The notes beneath the pieces were generated by a model that was not told the DNA's origin, did not search any database, and was given only the letters and a program-made list of their open reading frames with translations. The position numbers were made by a program, and so were the translations under genes. 64,000 nt of DNA. It comes from Tubulanus polymorphus (Eukaryota > Animalia > Nemertea). The stretch spans positions 17,394,150 through 17,458,149 of the forward strand of contig NC_134026.1 in NCBI RefSeq assembly GCF_964204645.1, read 5' to 3'. Numbering within the stretch: the first letter of the stretch is position 1; every line of letters begins with the position of its first letter. Shown here one piece after another: positions 1-12,529 of this stretch.

Positions 1-1487
1 GGTTCCAAAGTTCTGGTAAAAGTTTTGACTCGTCAATTAACATAATATAAAAAAACATCAATTTAACATGTTTCTTGTTCATGGGATGACTTGCCCTCTG
101 TCGGCAATCAACCTTCACGATATTTTATTGCGTTGCCCTTGCGTGTACTAACTATACACGTTTTCAAATAAATCTTCATGAGCATATGGCGTTTAGATTT
201 AAAGATATGAACCAGTGAGGTCCCGTGCCACCAGCTATCCCGCTAGATGGCGTCTGTGTCGATTGGACAGCTCGATCAAAATACATATCGTTATTTCTGA
301 TAAATTTCAAACAGCAGGCCGGATACTTGCCCTTTCGCAGGAACACGTAGTTGCAAAAATATATAATGTTGAAATATACGTAGCCATCACGCCGTTTCGA
401 ATGGGATTCAAAATGATGAGTGTCTAAAACTTAGATTATACCGTATTTTTAATGTTTCAGATCTTTTGGAAGAACTGTTACATCAATGATAACTACCCTG
501 CGTTGGTTCCAAAAATGGTTTATTATTATATTACGATTATCAAAACGTATCATTCTTTTTGTGTCTTTATACATTCATAATTTCAACATGATATATCTTC
601 TTTGTTCATTCTTGGCACAAGCTGGAGACAGTGTACGTATGTTTAACTTGAGTGAGCATCGAATTGATAGTGGATGTCAACAACAATTTGATATCTGTTA
701 CTTGGTTGGCAAACTGACTGCCACCTCTCCATTTTTATGTGAATTTTAAATTACCGCCTTCTTTCTATATGGACCTTCTATCCCCTCTCGATATTTGCTA
801 GGACGTACCCATCTATCCAATCAGGATAGAGGATTTCTGGATTCTTTAAAGTGTGGAATGGCCAGGGGACAAAACCGTTTTGATCTTATTGGTCATTGTC
901 GACTTGCCCATGAAATAAAATTGTTCATTATCCAGAAATCCTAAAGCTTTTTTAAAGCTTCCGAAAATTCGAGGGGATTGCAATAAACAGTTTGTGCACT
1001 ACGCATTTTATATTGGCGCTTCAAAATAACAGCTACACCAGTTACTGATGTGACATTCAATTTGTAATTGAATATATTTCGTGACTGTTATTCTTTGATT
1101 GGATGTACCTAAGTTCTTATGTGTATTTCATAAAATAACTCTATATTGACAATTTGATCACATTTGCATGAGGACTCGAGTACCTATGTTAGTAATTGAT
1201 GCCTAATTTGCTGAACTACTAGCAGGCACTGTATTAATGTGCATCTCTGATTACTAGAACCCTTGTGCTCACAGCTGCGTCGTAGTTGAGCAGATCGGCT
1301 GCGCTCGGATGCCACTGGCGGGATACGGTAGGCCCGAAGGATATGGCTAACTAGCGCCTTTGCGTCGTAAGCCGGGTTATGTCTGGTGGATATGATGATA
1401 ATATACCGTATGCCGTTAGCTCCGGCTGTTACTGATAACGTTCAATCCTTAACTTTATCATCCAATCTATTTACGATGTTTTTGTAA

Positions 1488-2250
1488 GGCCAAAAAAAGA
1501 TGCCTTGTTTCTCATCACACTTTTGTTTTTTACCATGACGAGGGCGGGCGGTTTTTATTTTTATGTACTTTTTTTTTAAAGTAGAAATAAAAAGAACTGT
1601 TTGAATTTTTTTTGGAGATGCGGGAGGTGTCTTTTTATTTTTATTATATCAATAAAAATATCCCTCTGACATATTTTCTTCAGATGCGGGAGGTAGTTTT
1701 TTATTTTTATTTTACTGGAAAATCACTGCTTAATCCTGAAAATGATTGGTGAATCCTGAAAATCCATTGCAACACCTCAACCGGCCAACGCATTTTCAAA
1801 AAGTTCCATCACTGTTGACTCTGGAGATACTTGTAGAATTGGCCAACGTAGTATTGGCTTCTTTTGGAATATTATTTGAACAGATAGCAACATCTTGGAC
1901 GCTATTAGCACCACATTTTACCAAGAGAAATCGCTTCGAAATAAGAATCACGCCAGAAATCAAGCTCCACAGCGACCTTGGCATTTGACATTTAGGCCTA
2001 CGGTAACCGACTCCGTTGATACGCGTTCGAGTCACCAGTGTGGTGCCGATGATATTTATACGATCAACTTTTCTCGATACGTTCATAGAGAAATAAAATG
2101 ATAAAAAGATGACGATATGCGTATCATATCAATGCGGGCGGGCGGATTTAATTTTTATAAAAACTTTATTTTCATCGCTAATTTGCCGATGATTTTTCCG
2201 ATGCGGGCGGGATTTCAAAATCATGAGAAACAAGACATCTTTTTTTGGCC
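1488..2250. mobile_element. Non-autonomous DNA transposon (Zator- or PIF/Harbinger-like), 763 bp
   Basis: The TIR GGCCAAAAAAAGATG(C/T)CTTGTTTCTCAT is present at both ends. TAA direct repeats flank it (1485-1487, 2251-2253), and it has subterminal GCGGGCGG motifs. GG..CC ends with a TWA TSD fit Zator or Harbinger. Confidence 0.8.
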
Positions 2251-4019
2251 TAACGGATGTAGTGCTCGGAAGATTATGTCGCGTAAGCGTTTCAACGAGT
2301 TCGGTGACTTTCTAAAGGCCGACCAAAAAGATCATTAGCATACGTAAGATAAATATGCAACCATTTTATGTGTAAATCCTCTTTGAAAAACTTTATGACT
2401 GATCAATTTAAATATACTGCACAATTAAACTCCTGTTTGAATAGAGGATAGATAAACACTGAATCACCTATGCCTGGGCGCCAGCGTGACACACATGGAC
2501 GTCATGTCGTTGAGTGCAGCCCTTAGAAAATTACCAGAAAAGAAAAATATTCCAATACGACAGTTTTTATTGTGATTGGTGGATATCTGCAGGTACGTAT
2601 ATCTCTCTTTAGAATTAATATCGGTACCGAATTTAGAGAAGTCTCGACTGTAGACCGAATGTTGAGGTGTATTGATAACTTGCTCCAATAAATATCGTTT
2701 GTGCCCTCGACTCAGCAGCAACATTACATAGACGATGAATCAAATATGAATAGCTGATTTCATTTGGAAGCCTGAAAAAACAATCGTCGTCCAAAACAGC
2801 TCGGTGAATTTCCACTATTTCGCAGTATTGTGACACAACGTTCGACTATCACAGTACCACATGTTACATTCGCAATTAAATGAAGTAACGTACGTTTAGA
2901 CCAACCATCGTGACGGCAGATGTGTGTGTCAAATCATAAGGGTACAGAGAGGGTATTGAACAAAATTTTGATTACTTTCAGCATGCATGACATGGATTGG
3001 ATGCATATTTGGTGGGTCCAGTTATATATATGGATTCGGAAACCCAAAAAGTCAGTTCGAAGTTGATTGTAAATGAATTATATATTTTGACTACGTAAAC
3101 TCAGTGTTCATTGTGCCACCTGGTGGGATAGCTGGCGTTCCCATGAATGAATAGGGGCCTCTTTTTCGATAATGGAACACCAGAAAATGCCGTTGATAAG
3201 AAATCGCAAATCCGTCGGCTCGGATCAAGCTTCGCAGAATTGACGGAAACAAGCATACAGATAATCGAGTCCATACATTCATGTCACAAATATGAAATAA
3301 TACTCTTCTGTAAACTAGTAATACAAGAACTTGAATCATTATTTGTATAGCCACAACTAGAACAGACAGGGTCATTTGGCTAATGGACATGCTCCTCAGC
3401 ATTCCTTGCTAGAATATATCGAAGCGACCTCAGCCTCATGTATTTACCCAGGAGCGGGCGAAAACAACCTAAAAATCCGCTTGAATGATATACCAACCTA
3501 CTTCGTCTTAAAAATACCTTTGTGTTCAATGAACAATCGAGTCGTAAAAACGCAGTAAATCAAAACTTCACAAAACATGCTACCGTACTATAGGTTTTGT
3601 AATGTGTACAGCCGCGACCTTACATTGACGACACGGGTTTCTGGAAAACACTTGTTCGAGAGTGAAATTATTCTGATATGTCGTATCGTTTGTGTTTTCT
3701 GTCTCTTATATGGCAAAACGATTTCAATTTTTTGTTCATCGATTCTCCCGATAGTCCAATTATTCTATCGCCTGATTGGCCATAAGTTAATACCGTCTCC
3801 AAAACGGCTAGAAATACAAAATTTACTAGTAAGTACTGTCTCGGTTTTAACCAGGATGATATAAAAACCATGTTATTTGACGAGAAAATGATGACTCTTC
3901 ATGCCAGATCGGAAATCATACACAACTGGGGAAACGTATGATGCTTGAGCTATTAGAAATGATTCTACATGCACTTTTAGAACTTGCTTATAGTATGGAC
4001 CCACCACCCTGAAATCCAC

Positions 4020-4200
4020 TAAGGCAAAATAATGATACCTTGTTTCTCATACCCCGGCCGGGTCAGTTAAATTAACGGTAAATATCGTGAATATAAAATG
4101 CTGCCGGCCGGAAGATACCTTCTTCTTTTTAGAAAGAAAACAAAAACCAGCCAGGCGGGTCAATATAAGTCTAGTATCCAGCCGTTGACCCGTAACATCG
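4020..4200 (+). mobile_element. Single terminus of a related Zator/Harbinger-like MITE family
   Basis: TAAGGCAAAATAATGATACCTTGTTTCTCAT resembles the TIR at 1488. I saw no partner TIR. Confidence 0.45.
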
Positions 4201-6061
4201 ACTGGTGTCCAGACTTATCCACTTTGTGTGTCCCCTTTTCTATTAGCAAAGGGGGCAAACAAACAAGTATATATAACTTGAACTCATAATTCTTAAAGAA
4301 AATCATTGTTTTGAAGTAGTAGTTTAAAATTATATTTAATTTATAGATATAAGGTAATTTATATTTGGTTCATGCTGATGGTAATGATTCTTGTCTTGGA
4401 TTTGAAGAATATTCATTTACTTTTAGATTTAATTCATAGCACTTAATTGTATTATTTTCACGTGCTTGAATCACGGCAACAACCCATTCTAATGGCGTCT
4501 TTGATATTTGATTTGATGCCTATTCTATAGAACGCTTTGTAGCCACGGGGAAAAAGTCACGGTAGTTAGAAATGATCCAAGGTCTGGCAGCTAAACTAGG
4601 CAGACTGCTTTCTTAATGTTTCCAATCTGGCTATTTAGAAAAATAATTGAATGGTTGACGTATACCCTCCAAAATTGGGAAAACAGGGAGGTAGGAATGA
4701 TCCAACATCTGGCAATCAAACTAGACCTACAGGCATACTGGAATGTATTTGACAAACAGTAAGACCTTCTTCGTTTATAAATCATTTGAATTCAGTTCAA
4801 TACAGTTTTTGCCCATTTAGAAATTCATTTTCCAATAATCTTCCATTCAAAAATGTCTGTGATGGTAAAATTTGTTTTGGTATTTTTCCCCTCCCATTAT
4901 CCCCCGAATACCCGTATATTATTCAAGCAATGAAGCAGTATTATTGAGATGATTGGACAAGAATATTACTCACTACATCTGTAGATAGAAGAACGAAATA
5001 GTCTACTAAAGATGTAACGTTAAATGGACGTTAAAATCGATTTGAGTCTGAACAAATGGATGTTTTTGTAACAAAATAGTTGGGAGACGTATTTATTGGG
5101 GCGAAGGTATTATAATATACTCAGGGTAGGCAATAAATTAACATAACATCATTATATCTTCAATTACAAAAGGTCAACATCACATCACGGGTCAATAATT
5201 TACACGAATACCACATCATTGGAATATCAATATCTAGTCTAGTCGCGTACCAGCGCAGACTGCTTGCAAGATTAAAACTGGACACAATAGGTGTCTTCTT
5301 TCATATTGTCGACGGAGCGCGCTCAAGCTGCTTTCACATAGTCCCGTGACCAACAATTGAAACACATTCATTTGTATGGTTATACGGTCATCAAACGGAT
5401 GTTTTGGACAATATTTAAAAGGTATTCTAAACCTCTGCGTTGTTCAAATAAACTGGTGATATTCGGTGATATGTAAAACCATTGTCATCTTCTGATGCAT
5501 ATCCTGCCACGTGTATTGCTCTTGTTGCATTTCAAACGATAGCATCCTTCAAAATCTTCTCACAATTTACAATATTATATATCATATGATTCTTCTTTTT
5601 TGAATACTATATGGTGCATTCATGAAGGAGAACCTTTTGATATCACCGCGAATCTGGTAACTATATTATAGTATTCTCAAAAACAAAACCAATGCAGATC
5701 TGTGAAGGGCAATGTGTTGATCAGCTTAGTAAAATCTATTGGTGCATGTACTATATGGACTGCGCAGTTTCAGTTTCCATTCAATGAAATTGAATTAATT
5801 TGACAATTGAAAAAAGCAATTTAAGCGCGAGCAGCAAAAAGGTTTTTAAGTGCACATTTTGCGTAAACTTTCCAGAAATCAAATGAGTACCGCATCTAAA
5901 CTTTGTCACAATAAAGCAAGCCAGTTCTCAGTCGTCAACATTGCCATCATTTCTGTCAACACAGAATCGTTGCACGGCGTTTCATACCTGCCCATCACAT
6001 TATAACGTCTTATCTTTATGACGGAAGAACGTTAACTTTTCCAATGATCCTTACGTAGCTG

Positions 6062-6199
6062 GGGCCGGTTGCATAGTCATGGCTTCGACTTAAGACCAGT
6101 CTTAGACCAGCTTAGTTCTATAGCCAATCTAACAACTTGAGACCATTCTTAAGGTTTAAAGCCACTTTTGGACTTAAGCCATGACTGTGCAACTGGCCC
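6062..6199. mobile_element. Harbinger-type MITE, 138 bp
   Basis: TIR GGGCC(G/A)GTTGCA(T/C)AGTCATGGCTT at both ends, with a CTG TSD at 6059-6061 and 6200-6202. Confidence 0.8.
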
Positions 6200-8596
6200 C
6201 TGCTTATCTTCAAAAACCAAGCACAAATGCGGTTAAGATATTTCAAATTACATGTATATAGCTAGGACTAATCAACATCGTCGAATCTTTCATCGTGATC
6301 TCCTTCATTCTTCAAGGGAAATGAGATATTGCTCTACACAGATGCATTTTTTTCGTGAGGAAGTCTCTAGGTACGAAATGAAGGCCTTGCCATCTTGATT
6401 TGAACATCAAGCCGTATCACATCATTCAATTCAACATTCACATCATTCAGTTCACTTCATGGGCAAGCCCCTGTGAAAACATGCCTAGGAAATTCCTGTG
6501 GACTCATTGTATAAGTTCAGTTTGTTCAGTATGTTCCACCCGCTCATATCGAGTTTTAGAATGTCCATTAGATATTCACACTATAAATATTAACTCAGCT
6601 CATGTATAGTTCACGATCTAAGCTGGATAAGAATACCGCCAGTCAGGTATACGTGTTTACAGGATCTCCGTATCTTATTCGCCACAGAGCTATATACGTA
6701 GAATTATCAGGATGACATCCCGGCGTTATAAACGATAGGATATATTTTTCTCACGTACGTATTCGCTGCAGTGCGCAGAGACTACGGCCTGAACGGACAG
6801 ACATCTCGACGGACGTCAAAACCTGTTCATAAGGGGACTATGTGAGAGCAGCTTAGGTGATATACTTGTACGCTAAAATCTATGCAAGTAGGCTACGTGA
6901 AAAGCAAACTCTTAACACCCGCTGGATCACCAACAGATCCAATCTTCTCCCACCACTACCCTAGGTAGGTACCATGGCACTTCAATACAAATCAATAACT
7001 GAAAAACCAACTGTTTTAGTTATTATCAAAAACAATAAAGTTAATTGCTTTCAGAAAACCGTTAAACATGTTTTAAATAACATCATCATGTGCGCATTAT
7101 TTTGTCACTTTAAGTATGAAATGCAAGGTTATTACTACGTACCATGGCCGATGACGGTACAAAATGGTGGTGCATTTTTTTCACAATTTTTTTACAACAA
7201 GCACCAATTCATACGTATTATTATTATTATCTAGACGTTTAATCCCACTATTATACTTCAATATCTTTTTTTACATTACAGACTCAATGGATAATATCAT
7301 ATGGAAATCTATCGAGTATTGTGTACTATTATATACATACATGAGTTAGTACTGGTCGTGAAATTTCTTGGAATATATTTTTGAGTGTTTGCAAAATAAG
7401 TAGGCATAATGAAAATTCTAATCATTCAATACAAGGCTAGGGCAACTTGCTCACTCAATATGGAGTGCACGATATACTTTCGATACTTCGAATGAGAACT
7501 CCTGCTGAACTCGATCTCAAAACAATACTTTGTTCATGAATTGAGGATGATAAATTAACGGTTCCCCTCGTCGCTTATTTCGTTATAATACTGAGAGTAA
7601 AACTAGGAGCTATAAAATGCATCAAAATGCTTCAACTTCAGTTCATTTTCTTCTACAAACACGGCAGCTTGTAAGTATTAATTCTCGGTACGCATGTAAA
7701 AAAAATAATTCTCAGGAGCAGATACAAATACAAGGGGGTATACTTCCTTAATTCAAACGTTATTTTAGATAATCCAGGGTGGAGATTGTGTCAATATATC
7801 TCAAGAAATGGAACCATTTTCAATAACCCCAGGTAAGAACAATTATGATTCCGTCACTGTTTCATAGGATTGTCATTGACAGACAATCAAATCCAGTTCA
7901 CATTGATTTTAACGAAGCATGTGCGATTGCCACTCGTCAAGAGATTTAATTTTGATTGAAATAACTTGCGCACTGAGACATTATGACATTGACTGAAATG
8001 TACTGGGTGTATTGTCAATGTTTCTTGGTGTAAATCAGTTCTTTTACTACTAATCCAACAACTTGAAGAAGACTGTAGCACAGCAGTTCACGTCATAGAT
8101 GAAATGCCAAAAAAGGTAATGAAATTCTTTCCGCAAAACCTAACATACGCTAGTCGTGTGATTTTGATTATGATAATCCAACAGAAAGAATAAAATAGGT
8201 TTTATGAATAAAATCAATCCATCAAATATTTGCTCATTCGCAGAATTGAAGTGAATTCGTGCACATGTTGTACGAATCTTTACCCCAGAAATACACACAG
8301 CATTCTAATACAGACGCTGTAAGTTAGGTTCAAACTTCTTTAACGAAAGAATGACAAAATCATCTAAAAGATGTTGACAAATGAACGTAAATAGCTCTAA
8401 CCCTAAATTGGAAGTACTTACGGAAAAACACTAGATAATTGTGCAATGTACAATCTGAATTTTCAATTTATTTCATTGAAGCAGACAAAAGGCTACCTAC
8501 TTTCCCTACTTAAAGTATTATCTAGATAGTACCATGTGTCCATGATATTCATCCATAGACATTTACAGCCTCGTCTAGACTCGCTTCTTAGACCCT

Positions 8597-8877
8597 GGAT
8601 ATGCATCTACACTACGCTAAAGACACGGGTTCAATGCATAGTTTACCGTAAAACCCGCGTTACAAAAGGGTACACTCCGAACTGAACCTGAAAAGCCCGT
8701 GTTTAATGGAGCGTTCGAGCTCCACAATTGACATTGAACTTGAACTATGGATGTGGATCCATACTACCGAATCCGAGTTAAGTGCAGACGCTACTCGGTG
8801 CGAAACCGCGTACGTCGAAACCCGGGTTCAAGGAGCTGGTGTTCGCAGCGAGTAGCGTCGGTAGTATGAATCCATCC
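8597..8877. mobile_element. Palindromic MITE or MITE pair downstream of the trunk-like CDS
   Basis: GGATGTGGATCCATACTACCGA (8749) is inverted as TCGGTAGTATGAATCCATCC (ends 8877). A weaker related terminus lies at about 8597. Confidence 0.55.
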
Positions 8878-9460
8878 TAGTAATCCGCAAAATCAGTTTT
8901 AATGTCATTGGTACATTTCACGCAAATTTAATAGTACCAGCCGATGACTACGGATCATTGGATTGGCTCGCATCCCAGCATTTTGACTAGAATTGTCTAG
9001 AATCATCAGATGTCAGTGACGTAAAATCAATGCTCTATTCGGGTTTTGGTATAATGTTTAGATGGCATCATTAAACCATATGCCTTTTGAACATGATACG
9101 AACAATTCTAAATCAACAGCAAACAAAAGAAATCATTATGTGCGTTGCAGTGCGTCTAGTTCAAGTTGATTGAGTTTGGTTTTCAGGGTCGTAAAATGAA
9201 AAAGCGACACATGTGTTTGAATTACATGTTCAAATGGCAGTTTGAGCGTGCGATCGAATCCCCATGGTCCCGATAATCTCTGGCCTCAACCCTTCCATCG
9301 CAGAAAGGAAAACTTTGGACCTGCTTATAATATGGTTTGAGCTATAAGAAGGGCGTGTACTTCCGGGTGCAAAAAAATTATACATATATATCCGATATTG
9401 ATATTTCAAACTCAAAATGCCTAACTATTGGGTGTTTTTCAAATGAAATGCACAATGACG

Positions 9461-10330
9461 TCACTGTCGGCGACCTCGTCTCCGTCCACGATACTTTATT
9501 GTTTTTGTAGAGCACTCACAGCAGATAGTTATTCGTTCTCGAACATATTCCCATACTTCCTCGAAAGTAGTATTAAATCCTATCCTCGGTACCGGCTGAC
9601 ACCGGACAGGATCTCTTTTTAGAACTTTTATCACATAATATCTTGGTGAACATTGATACATTCCGTACATACACATTTTTTGCTGGCAACGACCTGATTG
9701 TATGTATTGTGGAAAATATCCGTCTGGCATTCTACGCCACTCTGTTTTCATTTCACAATGCCACGGTGGACGACTAGATACTAATGGTCGACCAAGAACA
9801 TTCGCCGTATCCCTGTTTGGTCGTTTTCTCTGCCTTTTGCGCCGACGCCGCCGACGCGAAGTTTTTGATCGACCTTTTATTCGCCGATTTTTTCGTTTCC
9901 GCCTATTTCTACCGTTTCTGTTACCTTTCACCATCCGCACAGTCACTTCAATTTCCTGATCCTTATTTTCGTTCATAACAGCGTTATCATTTTCACTGTC
10001 GGCGTTTTCTAATACAAATTGAACAGAGTTTGTCTGACTAGAATCGTCTACCCCTGTCGTAGGGGTTGAACCTAACTTTCCCATAGACTGCACTTCTTTA
10101 TATAGAATCTTAGACCGACTCGTTGTATCGTCCATTTGTGGCGCATTAGATGCCATTCTAGATGGGATATAATGTGGTTCCATCAGTCTCTGAAGTTCAT
10201 CTTCTGTTTTAGGAAGACATTTTCTGTCTCGGTATATAACGTGCGTCTTATTTCCAGCTTGATCCCGTGACCTAACGGATGATGCAAGAACAATCGTCGG
10301 CATTATGATAACGAAGATTATTATTTCCAT
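9461..10330 (-). CDS. Secreted Trunk/PTTH/Noggin-like cystine-knot growth factor, 289 aa from ATG 10330; the frame stays open to the splice acceptor at 10379-10380
   Basis: Signal-peptide-like start MEIIIFVIIMPTIVLA. N-terminal CLPKTEDELQRLMEPHYIPSRMA resembles the trunk/noggin L..LLG..F..R.MS segment. A polybasic linker contains RXXR furin-type sites. The C-terminal domain PWHC...W...DGYFPQYIQSGRC....C.YG.YQC.P....IKVLKR...C...W..VRERITICCEC has 8 Cys and the trunk-type CCxC ending. The ORF-track start at 10351 is a TTG. Confidence 0.88.
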   Translation of the reverse strand: MEIIIFVIIMPTIVLASSVRSRDQAGNKTHVIYRDRKCLPKTEDELQRLMEPHYIPSRMASNAPQMDDTTSRSKILYKEVQSMGKLGSTPTTGVDDSSQTNSVQFVLENADSENDNAVMNENKDQEIEVTVRMVKGNRNGRNRRKRKNRRIKGRSKTSRRRRRRKRQRKRPNRDTANVLGRPLVSSRPPWHCEMKTEWRRMPDGYFPQYIQSGRCQQKMCMYGMYQCSPRYYVIKVLKRDPVRCQPVPRIGFNTTFEEVWEYVRERITICCECSTKTIKYRGRRRGRRQ

Positions 10331-12204
10331 AGTACAGTGATAGGAAACCAATTTGCCGTTTTGTAGGGACAGCAGAATCTAAAAAGACAAAACAAAGAAG
10401 ATATTCAGTTACCTACAGATATTTGTGTAGATATGATCATGCAATGATAAGTTAGATCATCGCCAATATGACCATGCTATATTGAATAAGTGAAATCATC
10501 GAAAAAAGTTTCTGAAAATCGATCCAACGAAACCAAGAGTCTAATTCAAACCATGGACTCTTCGTTTTAGAATCAATGTTCAAACGAAAGGCTGGAACAG
10601 GTGGCTTTGGTACTTTGGTCAAATTTTTAACATTTAAATCTCAATTTCTTACTTTTCTAATGATCTGCTACTTAACTGTCAAACTATGCTGTGCATTTAT
10701 CAAATATTTCAAATATTGTTCGAGACCTGCCATTAGAAAACTCCAGGAATTCTGTTACCATCATTACAAATAATTGACTATTCTTTATCATTATTATCCA
10801 ATCAGCAGGCTGTTTTATAATCATGAATGTTAAATCCACGAATTTTTCAAGGATATAATTCCAATATTTTGAATCTGCTTATAGAGTTAAAGGAACTCGT
10901 TCATTCAAATAGATTTTGGCAGGCAGGAAATATCACAATACAGTATCATAATGAAAAGCTATCCGATCCTTTTTATATAAAAGCCTTCGGATATCAGTAA
11001 CCAAAAGTGGTCTCAATGACTCGCTTTGTGTGTTTAAGTCCTATTTTAAATTTCAGAAACATAATATAGGTCATCCTTTTTAGGATCCAGTTCAAACTTG
11101 AAGACTAACCCTACAAAAAAAAGAATTGAACAATCACCATTTATCTGCTTTATTTCGAGATTCATTCAGACAAGTATATTAGCGACTATGTTTTCAATGG
11201 GCTACAACAAACTGACGGATTTATGCTTTGCAATTGATTCTATGGCTATGAAATGTCAAGTCTATTCCCAATTTACATATACATGTTTGTTACAAAATCC
11301 TCTCGTTAATACAATGCAAACTTTTATACGATTTCATTGCAGACATAATTCCAAAAACTCGTGGACATAATTTCAAAAACTCATGATACGTATTTGGATA
11401 GAATAAATACAACTATATCACCTAGTCGGACGAACACGTACGAAAACACAAGAAACGAAAAACAAACGGACGTTTTCTCTGAAGAGAACATTCGGATGTT
11501 TTTTTTTGTAGTTCCGCACGCTGCGGAAAGAAATACATTGAAACTGTTCTTCTGTTGGAATCTATTGGTGACGTACCCCGACGCATTCGAAGGGCAATCT
11601 GAGTTAACATCATTATAGATGCGCTTACGTTATTATACTCCTCCTTATTCGTTGCATTAGATCATCATATTCGTCTTAAGAAAATAGTTTGATAGCCTAG
11701 ATTCTACCCTTTTCAGTTCGACAAAACCCTGTAGTCTGGAAATGCTCACTGGATTCACATATAAGTCTACACCATTCTGTAACAATTAAAACTAATATAA
11801 ATCTTTAACGGATTTTTATCAAATAAAACGATGGTTTTATGGTTGGACTTAAGAAAAAAATAAACCGAAACAGGCTGTCATTGTCATACTTAGGGATCCC
11901 TGCATTTAAATGTATTTCACGCATCCCGACATTAATTTTTGCTTCAGAAATTTCATTCGAAGACGATATTTAATGGGGCCTGGGCACATAGCAGCTAGTC
12001 AAGGTATCGAGGTGCAAATAGTGTAATGAAATAATTCAATTGCTGTTATCAGATTTCATATGTGTTACCACGTGTTTGTTATTGTTTCTGCGAACCTCGT
12101 GAAACAGATGGCGACGTTACCACTGCAGTTATCAAAACCACGGTCTACTGATTGTCCTATCCACTGAAAGAATAGTCAGGTAGTCGCGTAAATGATAAGT
12201 CTAT

Positions 12205-12529
12205 AGCCGCGATCACAAGGTAATAATTTTGCCTGGGCCGAGTTGGCACGGATCAGGCCCGAGTTTTTGGCCCGTGCCTATAGGGTGCGCGTTTACACGT
12301 AAACCACTCACTCGATACTAAACAATACTTAAGCGAAGCGAAGTGAGTCACTTCCCGAGCCACTTGCCATTCACACACAATAATTTAACTCGTCACTGAT
12401 TGAAATTTGGCTTGGGCTTGGTCCGACATTCTTGGACGGGTCAAATTTGGCCTGGGCCAGACAGGCGCAGGCCCATTTGGCACTGGTGTGAACGATTGTT
12501 CCAGGCCTAATGCTCGTGTGATCAGGTCC
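12205..12529. mobile_element. Harbinger-like MITE in the putative intron of the trunk-like gene
   Basis: Imperfect TIRs AGCCGCGATCACAAGG and CTCGTGTGATCAGGTCC, flanked by TAT on both sides, with GGCCC-rich subterminal repeats. Confidence 0.55.

Noticed and set aside
9428-9978. Plus-strand ORFs overlapping the trunk-like gene
   Set aside because: They are antisense shadows of the real minus-strand CDS.
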